Assembly (NCBI RefSeq): GCF_001194135.2
Contig: NC_068984.1
Location: forward strand, 22,450,913 to 22,514,912
Length of the DNA: 64,000 nucleotides
Direction of reading: 5' to 3'
Source: Octopus bimaculoides
Lineage: Eukaryota
This document shows positions 25,382-38,471 of the stretch, in pieces. Below the pieces are notes generated by a model that did no database searches, was not told the origin of the DNA, and worked only from the letters and a program-made list of their open reading frames with translations. The translations under genes and the position numbers were made by a program. Each line of letters begins with the position of its first letter. The first letter of the stretch is position 1.

Positions 25382-28300
25382 CTAAAAAGAAACCATTCGA
25401 TGAAAATCTTCTTAACCAAATACAATACTATTTATGTTGATTGTAAGGACTCACTCATATCATTAAAAAAAGCACAATGTTTTGTTAGTCATTTGATTTA
25501 TTCAACAAAAGAAAAAAATCAGTCTTCTCTCATGTGGTGTAGTTTTTGGATATTTTTTGACGAAAGATATGATGGAGACTACTTTTCCTGAAGGTTTAAC
25601 ACATATACAATTCATAAAACGTTCCACAAATAGACTAAAGTGAATTAAAATCAAAGATACAATCATGTACTTCCTGACGTGAAAATTAATTACTGATGAC
25701 TTAACGAAAGAAATTTTAATTACTCTTTCATTATTAAATTTCAAAAACGTTATGATTGATAGCGCCCGCAAACACACTTGCCGGTTATCTAACACTTCCT
25801 AAATATAACAAAAGTTATTTCAACACTTGATGTCACATGAAAATTCTAGCAAAAATAATAATTCAAAATCTCAGCTAGTTATTTAATAGTAATGTGTTGC
25901 CGTAACTAGAGTCCACAAAACAGCTAGGAGTAAGACACGTTCCAAAGCAGTTCATTAATTTTACCAAGTATAGTTTGTCTTTTATATGTTGCTAAATACC
26001 TAATCTCTATGTCATTTCGACATCTTGAGAAGGAAGATTTTGAGCGTGAGCCTAATTTTATATCGAGACCAAATACATATGAATATAATTTTGTATTTTC
26101 ATTTGTTCATAACCTACGCTCTATTGATTTTCTAGTCAGTTAATAGTAATCATTGGAAACAGTTAATAAAATTAAAAGCAAACAGAAAGTGTGTAAGGAA
26201 ATAGAGAGTTAAGCATTGTGCTATCAAAGAACGTAGCTGGTTTACCTGGGCCAACGTTAAGTTAGTTCTTATTTATTCATTTCAGTCCAGATGCGATAAC
26301 TGTTTGAGACAGACATTTTCTAGAATTAGGCTATTTACGCATTCATGTATTTGTGCTTGTTTTGTTAGTCGCTTATTGATATATGTCGCCACTATTATCT
26401 ATATTTGCATAAATGTATGAGTAAATATGCTAAGATTATTTTCTAATGAAATCGCATGTATTTCAATATCTGAATACATACTTTTCTCGTCTAAATTTTT
26501 CTATAGATCTATCTATCTATATGTGTGTTGTGTGTGTGTATACGCGTGTGTGCGCGCGCGTATGTGTATGTGTGTGTGTGTTTGTATATGCATGTGTGCG
26601 TGTATATGTCTATACATATACATATATACACGCACACATGCATATACAAAGAAACATATCTCTCATTACTGCTGGATTGCACCCTCACCCCAGATCTTAT
26701 TGTAATGAAATGTGAAATATATGTTGCTACAACTATTATCTTTAATATCTTGCATTTAACCTGTTAGACAGTAGGAAAGAAATCTCGCGTTACTGAATCC
26801 AACGTTTTTCGCTAACGCAATGTTACAATATTACAGACAATACATGTGTGTGTGTGGGGGAGGGGGAGGATGAACATATCTCAGAAAATATTTGCTCTTG
26901 AAGAGAACGTGCAAGATATACATGAACCAGGAGTTAAAACAAAATTTGCTGCGGCATGGTATTTAACGTGATAGAAACTCACATATAGGCTTTTGAGGCA
27001 GAAAGTACGCTTGTTTACTTAGATTGCCATTGGGGAGATAAGTCCCCACAGACTACAGCACCGAGACCACCAGATCACATGATTTTGATAGATTCATCGG
27101 TGATAGATTCTCGACGACTAGAGATACCAGCGACTCATCTCTCCGCTAGCAATATCTAAAAAATCATTGCCAGAACTTGCACTGGTGTCACAATTAGCCA
27201 GATAGCTTGTTAATATATATATATATATATTAGCATCAGAGGTGGTATGAATACCGTGAGGTAATATTTATTCTTACTTACAACCGGATGTTTTGTTAAA
27301 ACAAACTTTACTGCGGTATTTACCATATATGCTTTTATCACAATCAACAACGCCATCAGTTAACAGTCTTATACTTCTACGTAAGATCAATATGCTAGAG
27401 ATCACTGTAGACCTGGTAAAGTCAAGAAGGACTCTAATATTGTTATCTAAATTCCAATAACGAAGCTATGTTCCTCTATTAGATATCAGCTCCTTATTTG
27501 TAGGAAAAATTGAAAGGAGTAAGAGACATGCATACATGCACACGCACATACATACATACATACACACAATAAAAAACGACGTCAGTTCCAGCAAGAATTA
27601 AAATATAAACTTAAAGCAACATTACTAATTATTGCAAGACATTTCATCCGGCGTTCTACTAATTATGCCATCAACAGCAATTATTGGAAAAATAATTATG
27701 ATTCATTCCGACAATTCACTCTGTATCTATTAAGATGAGGCGAAAAATAGCGGACTGCATCGATGTCAGTATATTTTAGAATTATTTCATCGCCCACGTA
27801 TTGACGAAGAATAATTCGAATATTCTGAGGAGAAAATATGATACGGTAATGTATTAAATGTGATAATTAACTCTTTCTAAAACAAAAAAACAAAGACAAA
27901 AGAAAAGAAAAAAAAATTATAATTCTATATAATGATCGTGTAACATTTAATAAACAAAGAATATCGATTGCAGATATTGCATTCGTATATTGCGACTCAT
28001 GCAAGTAACGTGGAGAGAATTTGAGTCCTGACAACTCAGCCGAGGCCTTCTTCGAGGAAGAACGTTTGGAAATGTTGAAAAGGATGTGAGAAGAATAAGA
28101 ACAATTGGGAGGAGGCGAGGTTGAAGAGGTGCAGTGAATAAATGATAGATGAAAGTTCTATGTGACAAAGCGAAACAAGAGTGAAAGGAAAATAATTAAA
28201 ATCTCTTAACGTATAGCATCCAAAAACAACAGCACGTACGTGTGTATACATAATTGCATATGCAAGCGGGAAGAAAAGTAAAAAGTTAAGCGGATTACGA

Positions 28301-28779
28301 AACAGGAAGTAGTTAATTTTAGTCGAAGGCTCAACACTCGAGACGCTACTGCAGATTCAAATCCACAGATACACACACACATACGCACAGAGATTTATTT
28401 CGCGAATCTATAGAGGTAATGGTATTGCTTCCTTTCTTTTTAATCCAAAGTCATGTAATCCAATTGATTTAATCAAAACTCCCTGAAAGCAGAATCTCAT
28501 ATATTTGAGTTTGGCATACGCAATACATTTGGTTTCTGGTGTACAATTAACATGATTATAACGAAGAATGAAGTATGAGAAAAGCACAAGAAATCAGTGG
28601 TTTCAGTACTTCAGAACTGTATGGTGGTCTGCTACATCTATTCACTTACAGATTTCTACTTATCAACTCCCAGCTCATCTATCCCTCTTCTCTTCTCTCC
28701 TTCTCTCCTTCTCTCCTCAACCATATCATTCTTCAACCTGCAGATCCTACCCTAAACATTACCTACAATCTTTTATTTC

Positions 28780-29000
28780 CAGAATATCATCCTGCACCCA
28801 CGCCACTGGAATTCACTCCCTGTCTATGTTATTCCTACAGTCGCCACAGTGATACACTTCAAGATAACTTCAACGACGTAGAGTTCACAAAGCTTCGATG
28901 GCCTACATTTGTCATTTGTACTCCTTCTGTCAAATCAAACCATTTAGAAACTACAGTTTATAGAAACCCTCAATCCCAAACACCTATCTACTTACACAAA
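28780..29000 (+). mobile_element. Possible PLE RT thumb-region remnant
   Basis: ORF 28575-29123 contains EYHPAPTPLEFT and KSNHLETTVYRNPQSQTPIYLH, resembling the PLE pattern HP.I.FT...L.TSVYRKPT....YLH. Confidence 0.3.
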
Positions 29001-29392
29001 GATAGATGTAATTTTCAGTTCGATTTGCTCCCTTCCTTTCACACAATCATACATGCAATTTATACTTTTATTATAAACTTTATTTTTCAGGGTTTCCTGA
29101 AATGTTGTATCAGTATGCTCTAACAATACCGTTTCTATTACTGTTCTTGTGTGGAATGTACCTATATCTAATTTTTTTGTTTGTTTGTTTGTGTTATTTC
29201 GTCCCTTAAATTCTGAGATGCATGTTCTTTGACATTTCTTTATAAACTGGGTTAACAAAATACATCGATACATAATATTATATATTCAAGCTGGCTGAAT
29301 GGTATGAGCGTCGGAATAAACAGCTGGCATTATTTTTCCCTCTGTGACTGATTGAAATGAATGGTTAATATATATTCTGTAACCAAACAGTG

Positions 29393-29585
29393 AGGTAGCA
29401 GAGTCATTCGCATTCCGGCCGAAATGCTTAGCAGTCCGTTTTTATGTTCTAAGTTCAAACACCACTGATGTCGATCCTGGCCTTTCCGCATAAAAAATAT
29501 GAGTACTAGGTGAACACTAGGGGCTATATAATCGTCTTAACCCCTCCCCAGAAAAATTGTTGGTCTTGTACCAAAATCCGAAAGC
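29393..29585 (+). mobile_element. Degenerate SINE
   Basis: The segments 'ggccgaaatgcttagc', 'gttctaagttcaaac' and 'atcgtcttaacccctcccc' follow the SINE consensus order. Confidence 0.65.
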
Positions 29586-29904
29586 AAAATACATTCTATA
29601 TTTCTACAGCATAGGGAGAAAAGTTTTGATGAATCCAGTATGTTTGCTCTGACAAACCTTCCCGTAGTTATTCAATGGAACACTTCCGCAATGACATATG
29701 TAGGAAATTATTTGTAAGCATAAGTTGCAACTCGTGCAAAGCAAAGTGTGATCACGTCTCTGTTATTTTGTATTATTTCAGTTGATAGAAAACGTAATAA
29801 CATATAATCGTCAATGAGAATTTGTAAGTGTTCAATATTTTGTTGACGTTTTAATAATGGAATAGAGATAGTCTCAACCTGACTTAATATATTCTACTTG
29901 TTCA

Positions 29905-29916
29905 GTCGTATATATC

Positions 29917-29989
<73 letters not shown>

Positions 29990-30030
29990 GGAGGGATATA
30001 TATATATGAGTGTGTGTATGTGTATATATA

Positions 30031-30098
<68 letters not shown>

Positions 30099-30230
30099 CA
30101 TATATATACACACGCACATACATACATGTATATATATATATGTGTATGTATTATGTGTGTATGTGTACGTATATGTATATGCATATGTATTTATGTGTGT
30201 GTATATATGTGTGTGTGTATGTGTATGTAG
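29905..30230. repeat. Compound (TA)/(GA)/(GATA)/(TG) microsatellite block
   Basis: Directly visible. Confidence 0.95.
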
Positions 30231-30877
30231 AACAGCTTTCTGATAATTTCTGAAGTATCCGAGAATTTTATTCTAATGAATGCTTTAGAAAACTACAGTT
30301 AATCTCTAGGTAAATTAATAAACTTAAAATGATGAAAAATGTTGTTGAAAGATATGACAGGAAAGAAAAATATTCGTGACATATAACTGAATTAAGTGAA
30401 GTGATTCAATATTTGACTTTGTATGATCGTATTAGCAACAGCGACAAAATACGTGCACACACACACGCACACACACGCACACACACACACACATAAAATG
30501 CACATATACAAGTATGTGTATGTCTATATATACTTAAATAATAACACGTATATCTATACATGTTTCTGAATATCTATACATATATAGATCTATTCATTCC
30601 ACATACATCCCCGACTTCTACATGCTATGTATATATATATATATATATATNNNNNNNNNNNNNNNNNNNNNNNNNNNNNNNNNNNNNNNNNNNNNNNNNN
30701 NNNNNNNNNNNNNNNNNNNNNNNNNNNNNNNNNNNNNNNNNNNNNNNNNNNNNNNNNNNNNNNNNNNNNNNNNNNNNNNNNNNNNNNNNNNNNNNNNNNN
30801 NNNNNNNNNNNNNNNNNNNNNNNNNNNNNNNNNNNNNNNNNNNNNNNNNNNNNNNNNNNNNNNNNNNNNNNNNNNNN

Positions 30878-31091
30878 AAAACAGATATGTAAATTAATGT
30901 AGACTTACCTTGTATTCAGTATTTCGGTGTTATGACTCCGTTTTCAAGAAAATGACGATTGTTGCCGATGTGCGCGTGTGTGAGCTCACACACGCGAACA
31001 ACGGCAACAAGCGTCAATTTCGGGAAAAAAGTGTTATAACCCCGAAATATTGAATACAAGGTAAGTGTACATTGATTCACATATTTGTTTT
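30878..31091. repeat. 214-bp spacerless imperfect palindrome (foldback element)
   Basis: The centre lies between 30984 and 30985 (tgag|ctca). By manual pairing, 91 of 107 symmetric positions are Watson-Crick with no indel. The left arm runs into the N-gap. Confidence 0.9.
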
Positions 31092-31199
31092 CTTGTGATC
31101 TACCTTGCATTTACTTGCCATTGTTTTGGCCTTACACACGATCCTTTATACAATATACTCTACACAATGCTTCATAGTAATTACATATATATCTATACA

Positions 31200-31420
31200 T
31201 ATAACTTTGACATCGGCGATTCTTTCTTGTATATTTTCTTGTCTTCGGATTCAGTATTTAGTCATGGCCAGCTTTATGTGTCCTTAAGTCGGATAAGAAG
31301 GGAGGAAGACCTGAAAATTCTTTTAAAGGAAACAAGCAGCCAAAGGATGTCAATTGCGGATAGATTTTTCACAAAAAAATTAGTAATAAAAGAATTATTA
31401 AACCAAAATCTTGGTTTTTT
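31200..31420 (+). mobile_element. Helitron Pif1-like helicase C-terminal remnant
   Basis: YIFLSSDSVFSHGQLYVSLSRIRREEDLKILL (core 31251-31292) matches the Helitron/Pif1 motif GIYL..PVFSHGQLYVALSRV...LKILI. Confidence 0.75.
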
Positions 31421-31761
31421 ACCTTTTTTATATATAAAATACTACAATTACCCGTCATATAGGAGCAAATGTGATAACAAGTAAATTAGGCAAGTCGAAT
31501 TACACAGAATATTAAATACATTTAATAGAAAAAATGTACATCTGTATGGATATAAAATAGTCCGACTTACAGAATATAAATGATATCAGGAGTTAAATGA
31601 GTAGAGTTTTACGAGTCCAGCAGCTGATTCTGGGGGCTTGGTGGTCTGGTAAAATGAATAATGATAGTTACTTGGATCCATTATCGGATGACACCTCCTC
31701 CTTCTTCAGGGGAGAATTTTACATTTGAGGTGTTGACAAGGGGAATATGTGTGTTTATGTG

Positions 31762-31808
<47 letters not shown>

Positions 31809-33699
31809 ATTTATGTATATATATGTATATATGTACGTATGAATGTACGTGTACAATATTCGTCAGTACTCAAGTATAAGGTGACACTAGTGTTTGATAT
31901 TGAAATGTTACAAAATATTTAGTACGGCCGACAGTTCATCTCTTAACAGGTAGAACATGACGATAAGCTCAAACGATATTCGCCGAACCTTTGTATATAT
32001 TTTTTTCATATCTGAATTAGCAGAAAACAATTTTATTGATTTGATTCATTTATTTTTCGGCTTCTAACAAACGCTTGCTTTTATTTGAAACTGCTTAGAC
32101 TTCAGATGATTTTCAGCTGAAGAACGATAAGCTGAACGGTATGTGAAATAATATCTACAAACTGTACTAAATGTATATAGTTTTAGTCTAAATCTTCACT
32201 GCCAAAAATAACTATTCTTATCTAATGTCGACGATTCGTCTTTTTCCTCTTGTTAATATTTGATTTAATTTTTCCTTTAGAGAAATAATTTTATGTATAT
32301 TTATTTTCTATTAGATGTATATGTATATCACAACAGTTTAGATCAATAATACCTTCAGTTTACAGACGCATTTAGATCCGCATTTGTCTTGATAACTACT
32401 GTGCTTTTCTTTTTGTTTTTATCTTGTTTTTAATCTGGTGTTAAATTCGTTCACATACTTTACTCACTGGTGTGTTTACTCTAGTATTGATTCACTTATA
32501 CATTGCGTTCTCAGCTTTTGAAAGTGAATAATTTAGAAATGCACGACGGATAGCGTTTCAATTCCATATATGAATACCTGAACTAAAATTTCACATTTAA
32601 AACAAAGCAGGTTTTCTAAAAAGGACACTATATTTAATTTTATCGGTATACACATTAGGGTATTCAACACTAGGACAGATTCTCATCTTATGAGTGGGCG
32701 GTCGGGTAACTTCTTTTTGTTCGACAGTAAACAGGGTTATATCTTTAAGGAAGAATGCACGTACAACTGAAACCACTTCCTATGATGATACATGGTCTGC
32801 ACTTATTTTCATTAAATTACCACCCTCTTGTTAGTATTCTTACCTTTGAAGCGTCAAAGTAAATCTACGCTCCCATCACGGGAAGCAATTTTATGGAAGA
32901 TGTTATCGAATGAACTTATGAAGTTCAATTGGTCTTTTTTCGATAAAAAAAGGATTTGAAATATGTGTATTTTTCCAATGTTCATGTTTTTGTTGCCTTT
33001 TCAAAGATGACTTAGGAACCTGGCAAACAAACGCTGCTTTTGGAATAATGTTATTTTGCATTCATTTTGTTTACATACACAACCTTGATAAAGATAGTTC
33101 ATTTATGAAATTCGTTTGTGAGGTTGTAAATAATTTTCTATAAAACTTGTCTCGTGGATCAACTTTTGGATTTTCTCAAATGACAATAAATTAGTTTTCA
33201 GCTTCTCTTATTTTCATCTCCCTATTGATTCATTAAAACTTTGTCTCTTAACTTTTACTGGTGTTGATCACGTATTTCATGTTCTTACACTATAGCAAGC
33301 ATTCCTATTAAATTAGCAGAAAGGAATGTACCATAATATTATACAAGAAGATTAAATAAAGAAATGTATGTGCTATTCTAATAAAGATAACCCCAACGGC
33401 AACAACTTTCATTGTAAACCTACATGAATAAAGGAATGCGAACATAGTTGTATAATTGTGTGCGTGTATGTGTGTGGGTGTGTGTGTCAGAGAGAGAGAG
33501 AGTTTGTAGGTGTGTATGTGTGTGTGTGGATGTGTGTGTGTGTGATGCGTGCGTGTGTCTGTGTGTGTGTGTTTATGTGAGTGTGTGTGTAAACATAGAT
33601 ATGTCCATACATACAAACATCTTTCTTCGCATGTCTCTGAAATATATAGAATGATTTGATGTTTATATTTCCTTGGTTATTGCTTCTACTTTCACAGTT

Positions 33700-36400
33700 G
33701 ACCATGATATCACTAACTGACATATCTGAGCAATAGCTAGTCTCTTCAGTCATCCTGCTTCTAATTTGTCAGCATTCATCAAATTGTCCCGCTTTTCTCG
33801 AATATAATACTTTAATGGTTAGTTTACTGAAATACCCAAGTGTAATTACTGCGACATGAAACTGCAGTTGACAATTTTCCGTGTAGTTTTAGTATTCATC
33901 TTCTGCTTCGCAGATTTGGAGTTGATCCCATTCTAATAATGTTGGTTTCTTCAACAGATTTCCCAGTTGCTGTAAACTATACTTTCTTCAATGAAATTAT
34001 ATCCTGCTTTCGTCAATATTCTACCATTCTGAATGTCAGAAAGAACATTAGTTGTGATAAAATCTTGAAAAATTGTGTTTTTAGTTTAGAGATTAGGAAA
34101 GTGAAACATCACTTCAAAATAAGAGTACAGTGGGCAGTTGGTTTTTAGAGACACCGTCTTTGTCACTTAGTTTTGAAACGATGTAATTGATGGCATTTCA
34201 TCCATATTACTTTCTTCAGAATTTATATCCCCACTGGAGTTGATCACATATTTATAGAAATTCAATAGGTCTTTTAACACTTTTTAAACACCTGTGAAAC
34301 CCCGTGGAGCATGTAAGCATCCCTCTATATGAAATAGTTGCTAGCATTTGTGCATCTGCTCGTATGGCTTTTCTTTCTTCAAATCGTCTTGTCTCGCACC
34401 ATACCATTTTTTATTTTTTTATTGCCCACAAGGGGCTAAACATAGAGGGGACAAACAAGTAAAGACAAAGGGATTAAGTCGATTTCATCGACCTCAGTGC
34501 GTAACTGGTACTTAATTATCGACTCCGAAAGGATGAAAGGTAAAGTCGACCTCGGCGGAATTTGAACTCAGAACGTAACGGCAGACGAAATACCGCTAAG
34601 CATTTCGCCCTGCGTGCTAACGTTTCTGCCAGCTCGCCGCCTTGTCGCACATTATCATTTCTGTTGAGATTTTATATTATTACACTTCGTTAAGTGAGTT
34701 CCTATAGCATTATAGCTTCATGAGAATTTTAGAGTCATGATGAAGCCCATGGTTCCTCCTTCCCGGTCTGTGTATGACGCTTATTTACTGCATTCTAGAA
34801 TACTCTTTCAGTTTTACTATCCCATGCAGTTGCTCAGGTAACTGATTGCCGCTACGTCTATCTTCTCTGCTATTATGTAGAGACATAAAAATGTATTGTC
34901 AGCTGAATAACCGAACTGACAGCTAAAAGATGGTGTTACTTCTTCCTGCTTACATATGTCGTGCAAGACATTATTATTGTCTCTTACCATAAACCAAACA
35001 AAAGAAATAGCTTTCTGTAGCCAGTACCTATAAATCTTTGTAAACTTTTCTCTAGTTACCATCAATACAAGACAAAACAGTATGTTAGTCATCATACAGT
35101 GATATATTTATTACGAGAGATTAGTATATGTAAATTTATATTACAAGACTGAGGTACGAGTAAACACGGAAAACTAGCTAGCAAATTTTAATCTATTGAT
35201 TTATTGATATAGCACAAGATTACTTCTGGAGATTTTTACCGGCAAAATTACACCTAATGAGCTGAAGAATACGTAATTCTATGTTGCATTGCACCTATCA
35301 GAGAGTCGTCTTTTTCAAGTAATCTAGTGTAGTATCTTCCAGGTTATAGCTATATGTACACTTTCAAAAGCTTCGCAAAGTCTACAAAGCCATTATCAAA
35401 GGTTGTCTAAAGTCGTTACATTGTTGTGTATCTGAGTAAAAATATATTCCTAATGCGAACATGCATTTGCTGGAAATATACTTGCTTATCTCTTAATGTA
35501 CTTTTCAAGTAAGCTACCTCTTATTCATAATAACCAAACTGAACACAATCTATATTATGCTATTTAGGTTTGTACTTCTCCAGTTGCCATACTATCTCAG
35601 ATATCACTTCTCTTTTATTATTCTGTTAACTATACTAATTTTCCAATCTTCAGCTAACGATTCAATATGCCATATAATACAAAACTGCTTTAAGAGTGCC
35701 CTTGTAGACTCGTGCTTATCTGTTTTTAATAATCTTTCAATAATCTTTCAGTAATTGCGTCTAAAACAGGAGACTATCCATTCTTTAATTGTCCGGTGGC
35801 CCTTCATGTTCAACAGATAATTCATATAAGACTTTCAGCTTATAGTTTAGGAATTATCAGAGCATTTCTCCTATTAAACGCACTGTTCATGATCATATTA
35901 AAAGCTCTTACCATTTCTCTTAGATGTTTATATGAGATGTTATTACTTCCTCATCATTACTAAATACAGGTAGTCCTTTTGATCTCTTTAGTGTCCCTAT
36001 AATCTCATTTATTATTTCATAAGCTCTTCTAATTCCTCTGTTCTACCTGCTTTATTGGTTTTCACTTCTAAGAACCTTCTTTTATCTCTTTTTCAACAAC
36101 TTTTCACCTTTCTGCTGAGGCTCCAATGTTTAGCTATTTCCAATTTAGCATCCTTATTATTTTCTTTCCGATTTTTACGAAGTTATTTTTATTGTTTTCA
36201 CGCATCAATAACCTCCTATGTTTCACCTGAAATCCACATCCGTCTTTTTCATTTTCTTCCTACCCTTTCATATATTTCGTTTACATTCTTCCACGGATCA
36301 TATATTTCTTCATTATCTTCATCGACAAAATCCGGTACTACAAATCGATTCCAAAGTTCAGTTACAAATTCTTCATTAACCGCCTAATCTTACGTCTTTT
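33700..36400 (-). mobile_element. Highly decayed RTE-like LINE interrupted by a SINE
   Basis: Minus-strand QFGYSADNTFLCLYIIAEKI resembles the RT motif Q.GF..GRS..D.IF.L..I.EK, and a KATG segment near 35790 resembles KA.G.D. The composition of 36000-36400 is linker-like. Confidence 0.5.
34407..34642 (-). mobile_element. Full-length tRNA-derived SINE with LINE-like tail
   Basis: Head with A/B boxes, body and tail are all present. An imperfect target-site-duplication-like sequence flanks it (tcgcaccataccatt / tcgcacattatcatt). Confidence 0.9.
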
Positions 36401-36809
36401 ATTCTGTTGCTTTTCATTTTTCTATTTATTATTATTATTATTATTATTATTTTAGGGTTTCTTAACTTTGATTTTTCATTGAATTCTTTCTAATATTAAC
36501 TGACGGCTACTTCCAATATCTGTATCAAGACATCTTGTAACATTTAGCAACGATTCTTTGATGAGTTATCAAAATAAAATCTATCTAATTATGATATGTT
36601 TTTATTTGAAGGTATGAAATTATATATTATTATGAAATATATTATGAAATTATATTTATGAATATATATGTGTTAAAAGAAAACATCTCTAATGATGAGA
36701 TTGTGGACTGCACAGAAATTGATCAGTTTTTCGTAAGCATTTCGAAGCCATTGTATATTCATCGACTGTTCCATACCTGCCTTATTACTGCCAATTTTCG
36801 CATTTAATT

Positions 36810-37142
36810 TACCTTTCATCCTTTCGGAGTCGATAAATTAAGTACTAGTTACGCACTGGGGTCAATGTAATCGTCTTAATCCCTTTGTCTGTTCTTGTTT
36901 GTCCCCTTATGTTTATCTCCTTGTGGGTAATAAAGAAATAAGAAGCGTTAGCACGCTGGTAGAAATGCTTAGCGGTATTTCGTCTGTCTTTACATTCTGA
37001 GTTCAAATTCCGGCAATGTCGACTTTGTCTTTCATCCTTTCGGGGTCGATAAATTAAGTACCAGTTGCGTACTGGGTCGATCTAATCGACTGCCCTTTCC
37101 TCAAAAATTTCGGGCCTTGCACCTAGAGTGGAAAAGAATATT
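36810..37142 (+). mobile_element. Composite SINE: tailed 3' half fused to a second SINE body
   Basis: 36810-36941 ends in the 'gtgggtaataaagaaataag' tail and is directly followed by a copy starting mid-head at 'gcgttagcacgc..gaaatgcttagcgg'. Confidence 0.8.
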
Positions 37143-37489
37143 AACCATGAAACTTTGCGTATTTTCAGCTCTATCTACACACAAGCTGCAGTTATCTGCA
37201 TAGGTAAGATCAAGAATATGTATTTCAGATTTCGCATTGACAGGGAAACGTGAGGAATTGAAGAGAAGGCAAGACACAGGTCATTTATCAGATAAGATTA
37301 TGTCAGGACAACACGTAAAAGATTTCCACCCGCTCCAAACAGAACATCGGAGCCAAGATAATACAGGTGGTCTTACGTTGTTCAGTCATTCAGTCTTGAA
37401 GAGGCAGGGAAGAGAGTGATTAAGATAGAGTGAATGAGAGTGGATGAGAGAGTGTGTGTGAGGGTTAAAACATGTAATACCCAGGTTCA

Positions 37490-37490
<1 letters not shown>

Positions 37491-37575
<85 letters not shown>
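37491..37575. repeat. (TC)n microsatellite
   Basis: Directly visible. Confidence 0.95.
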
Positions 37576-37578
<3 letters not shown>

Positions 37579-37639
37579 TATTTGCGTGCGTGTGTGTGCG
37601 TGCATGCGTGAGTGAATTCCTGTGGAAATATATATATAT

Positions 37640-37795
37640 ATAGTGAGAATTTACAACAAAAATCGAAGACCGGTGTGTAAACAACAAACAGATGTATTAG
37701 TTTAACGCTTGGGAAGGGAGAAAGTCTTTTACGTTTCGAGCGTACGCTCTTCGACAGAAAGGAACACAGAAATAAACAGGGAGAGAAAATAGAAA
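37640..37795 (-). mobile_element. PLE terminal-repeat fragment with hammerhead-like motif
   Basis: Second copy of the 21503-21678 family; 'acgtttcgagcgtacgctcttcgacagaaag'. Confidence 0.6.
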
Positions 37796-38471
37796 ATACC
37801 AGTTGAACTCTTAGGTCGTTGTAATCGACCCCGCTCCAAAATTGCTGGCTTTGTACCAAATTTAGAAAGGTTACTATTGTTTCTTGTGCTACATTGACGC
37901 TGTTATACTGTTGCAGTTGTTGCTTTTTGCTCTTCTCTTCCTTTTCATTCTTGATTCTTTTTCTTCTTCTCATTTTCCCTCTTGCAGCTGCTACTGTTGT
38001 TGTGCTTATTGTTCATCTTTCTGATATACTTCAAATATATGATACTTAAAATATGGAGACTTAAATATGGAAACTTAAACGTAAACAGGTTTTCAAAAAA
38101 TAAGTAGAGAAAAAGATGATAATAAATAAAAGCGACAAACAGTGAAAGCACCAAGGAGGAAGAATAGAAAATAAAGAGTAGTATTAGAGAAGTAAAATCA
38201 GGAAGAGGAGAAGGATGTGTAGAGGGATATATGGGAGGGAACAGTGTTAACAACGCAAAAAAGGAATGAGGAGAACATAAACATGAAGCATTAAAGAACT
38301 AAAGAAAAAAACCAAAGAACAGGAAAGAAAAGGGTACGAGGCAGAAGTAGAAGAATAAAAGGAAGAGGTCGGGGAATTATAAAATGAGTGAAAGAAAAGG
38401 ATAGCAGAAGGAAAAAGAACGTGAAGATAAACTGCAGAGCGTAAGACGATAAAGAAGTAGAATTAATACGT

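Noticed and set aside
28030-28070. CTCGAAGAAGGCC hammerhead-like start on the minus strand
   Set aside because: No GAAA core or closing stem follows.
34560-34642. tRNA-like A/B boxes in the SINE heads (also at 3.3, 38.7 and 39.0 kb)
   Set aside because: No complete cloverleaf or acceptor stem is evident, and each continues into the SINE body, so they are not called tRNA genes.
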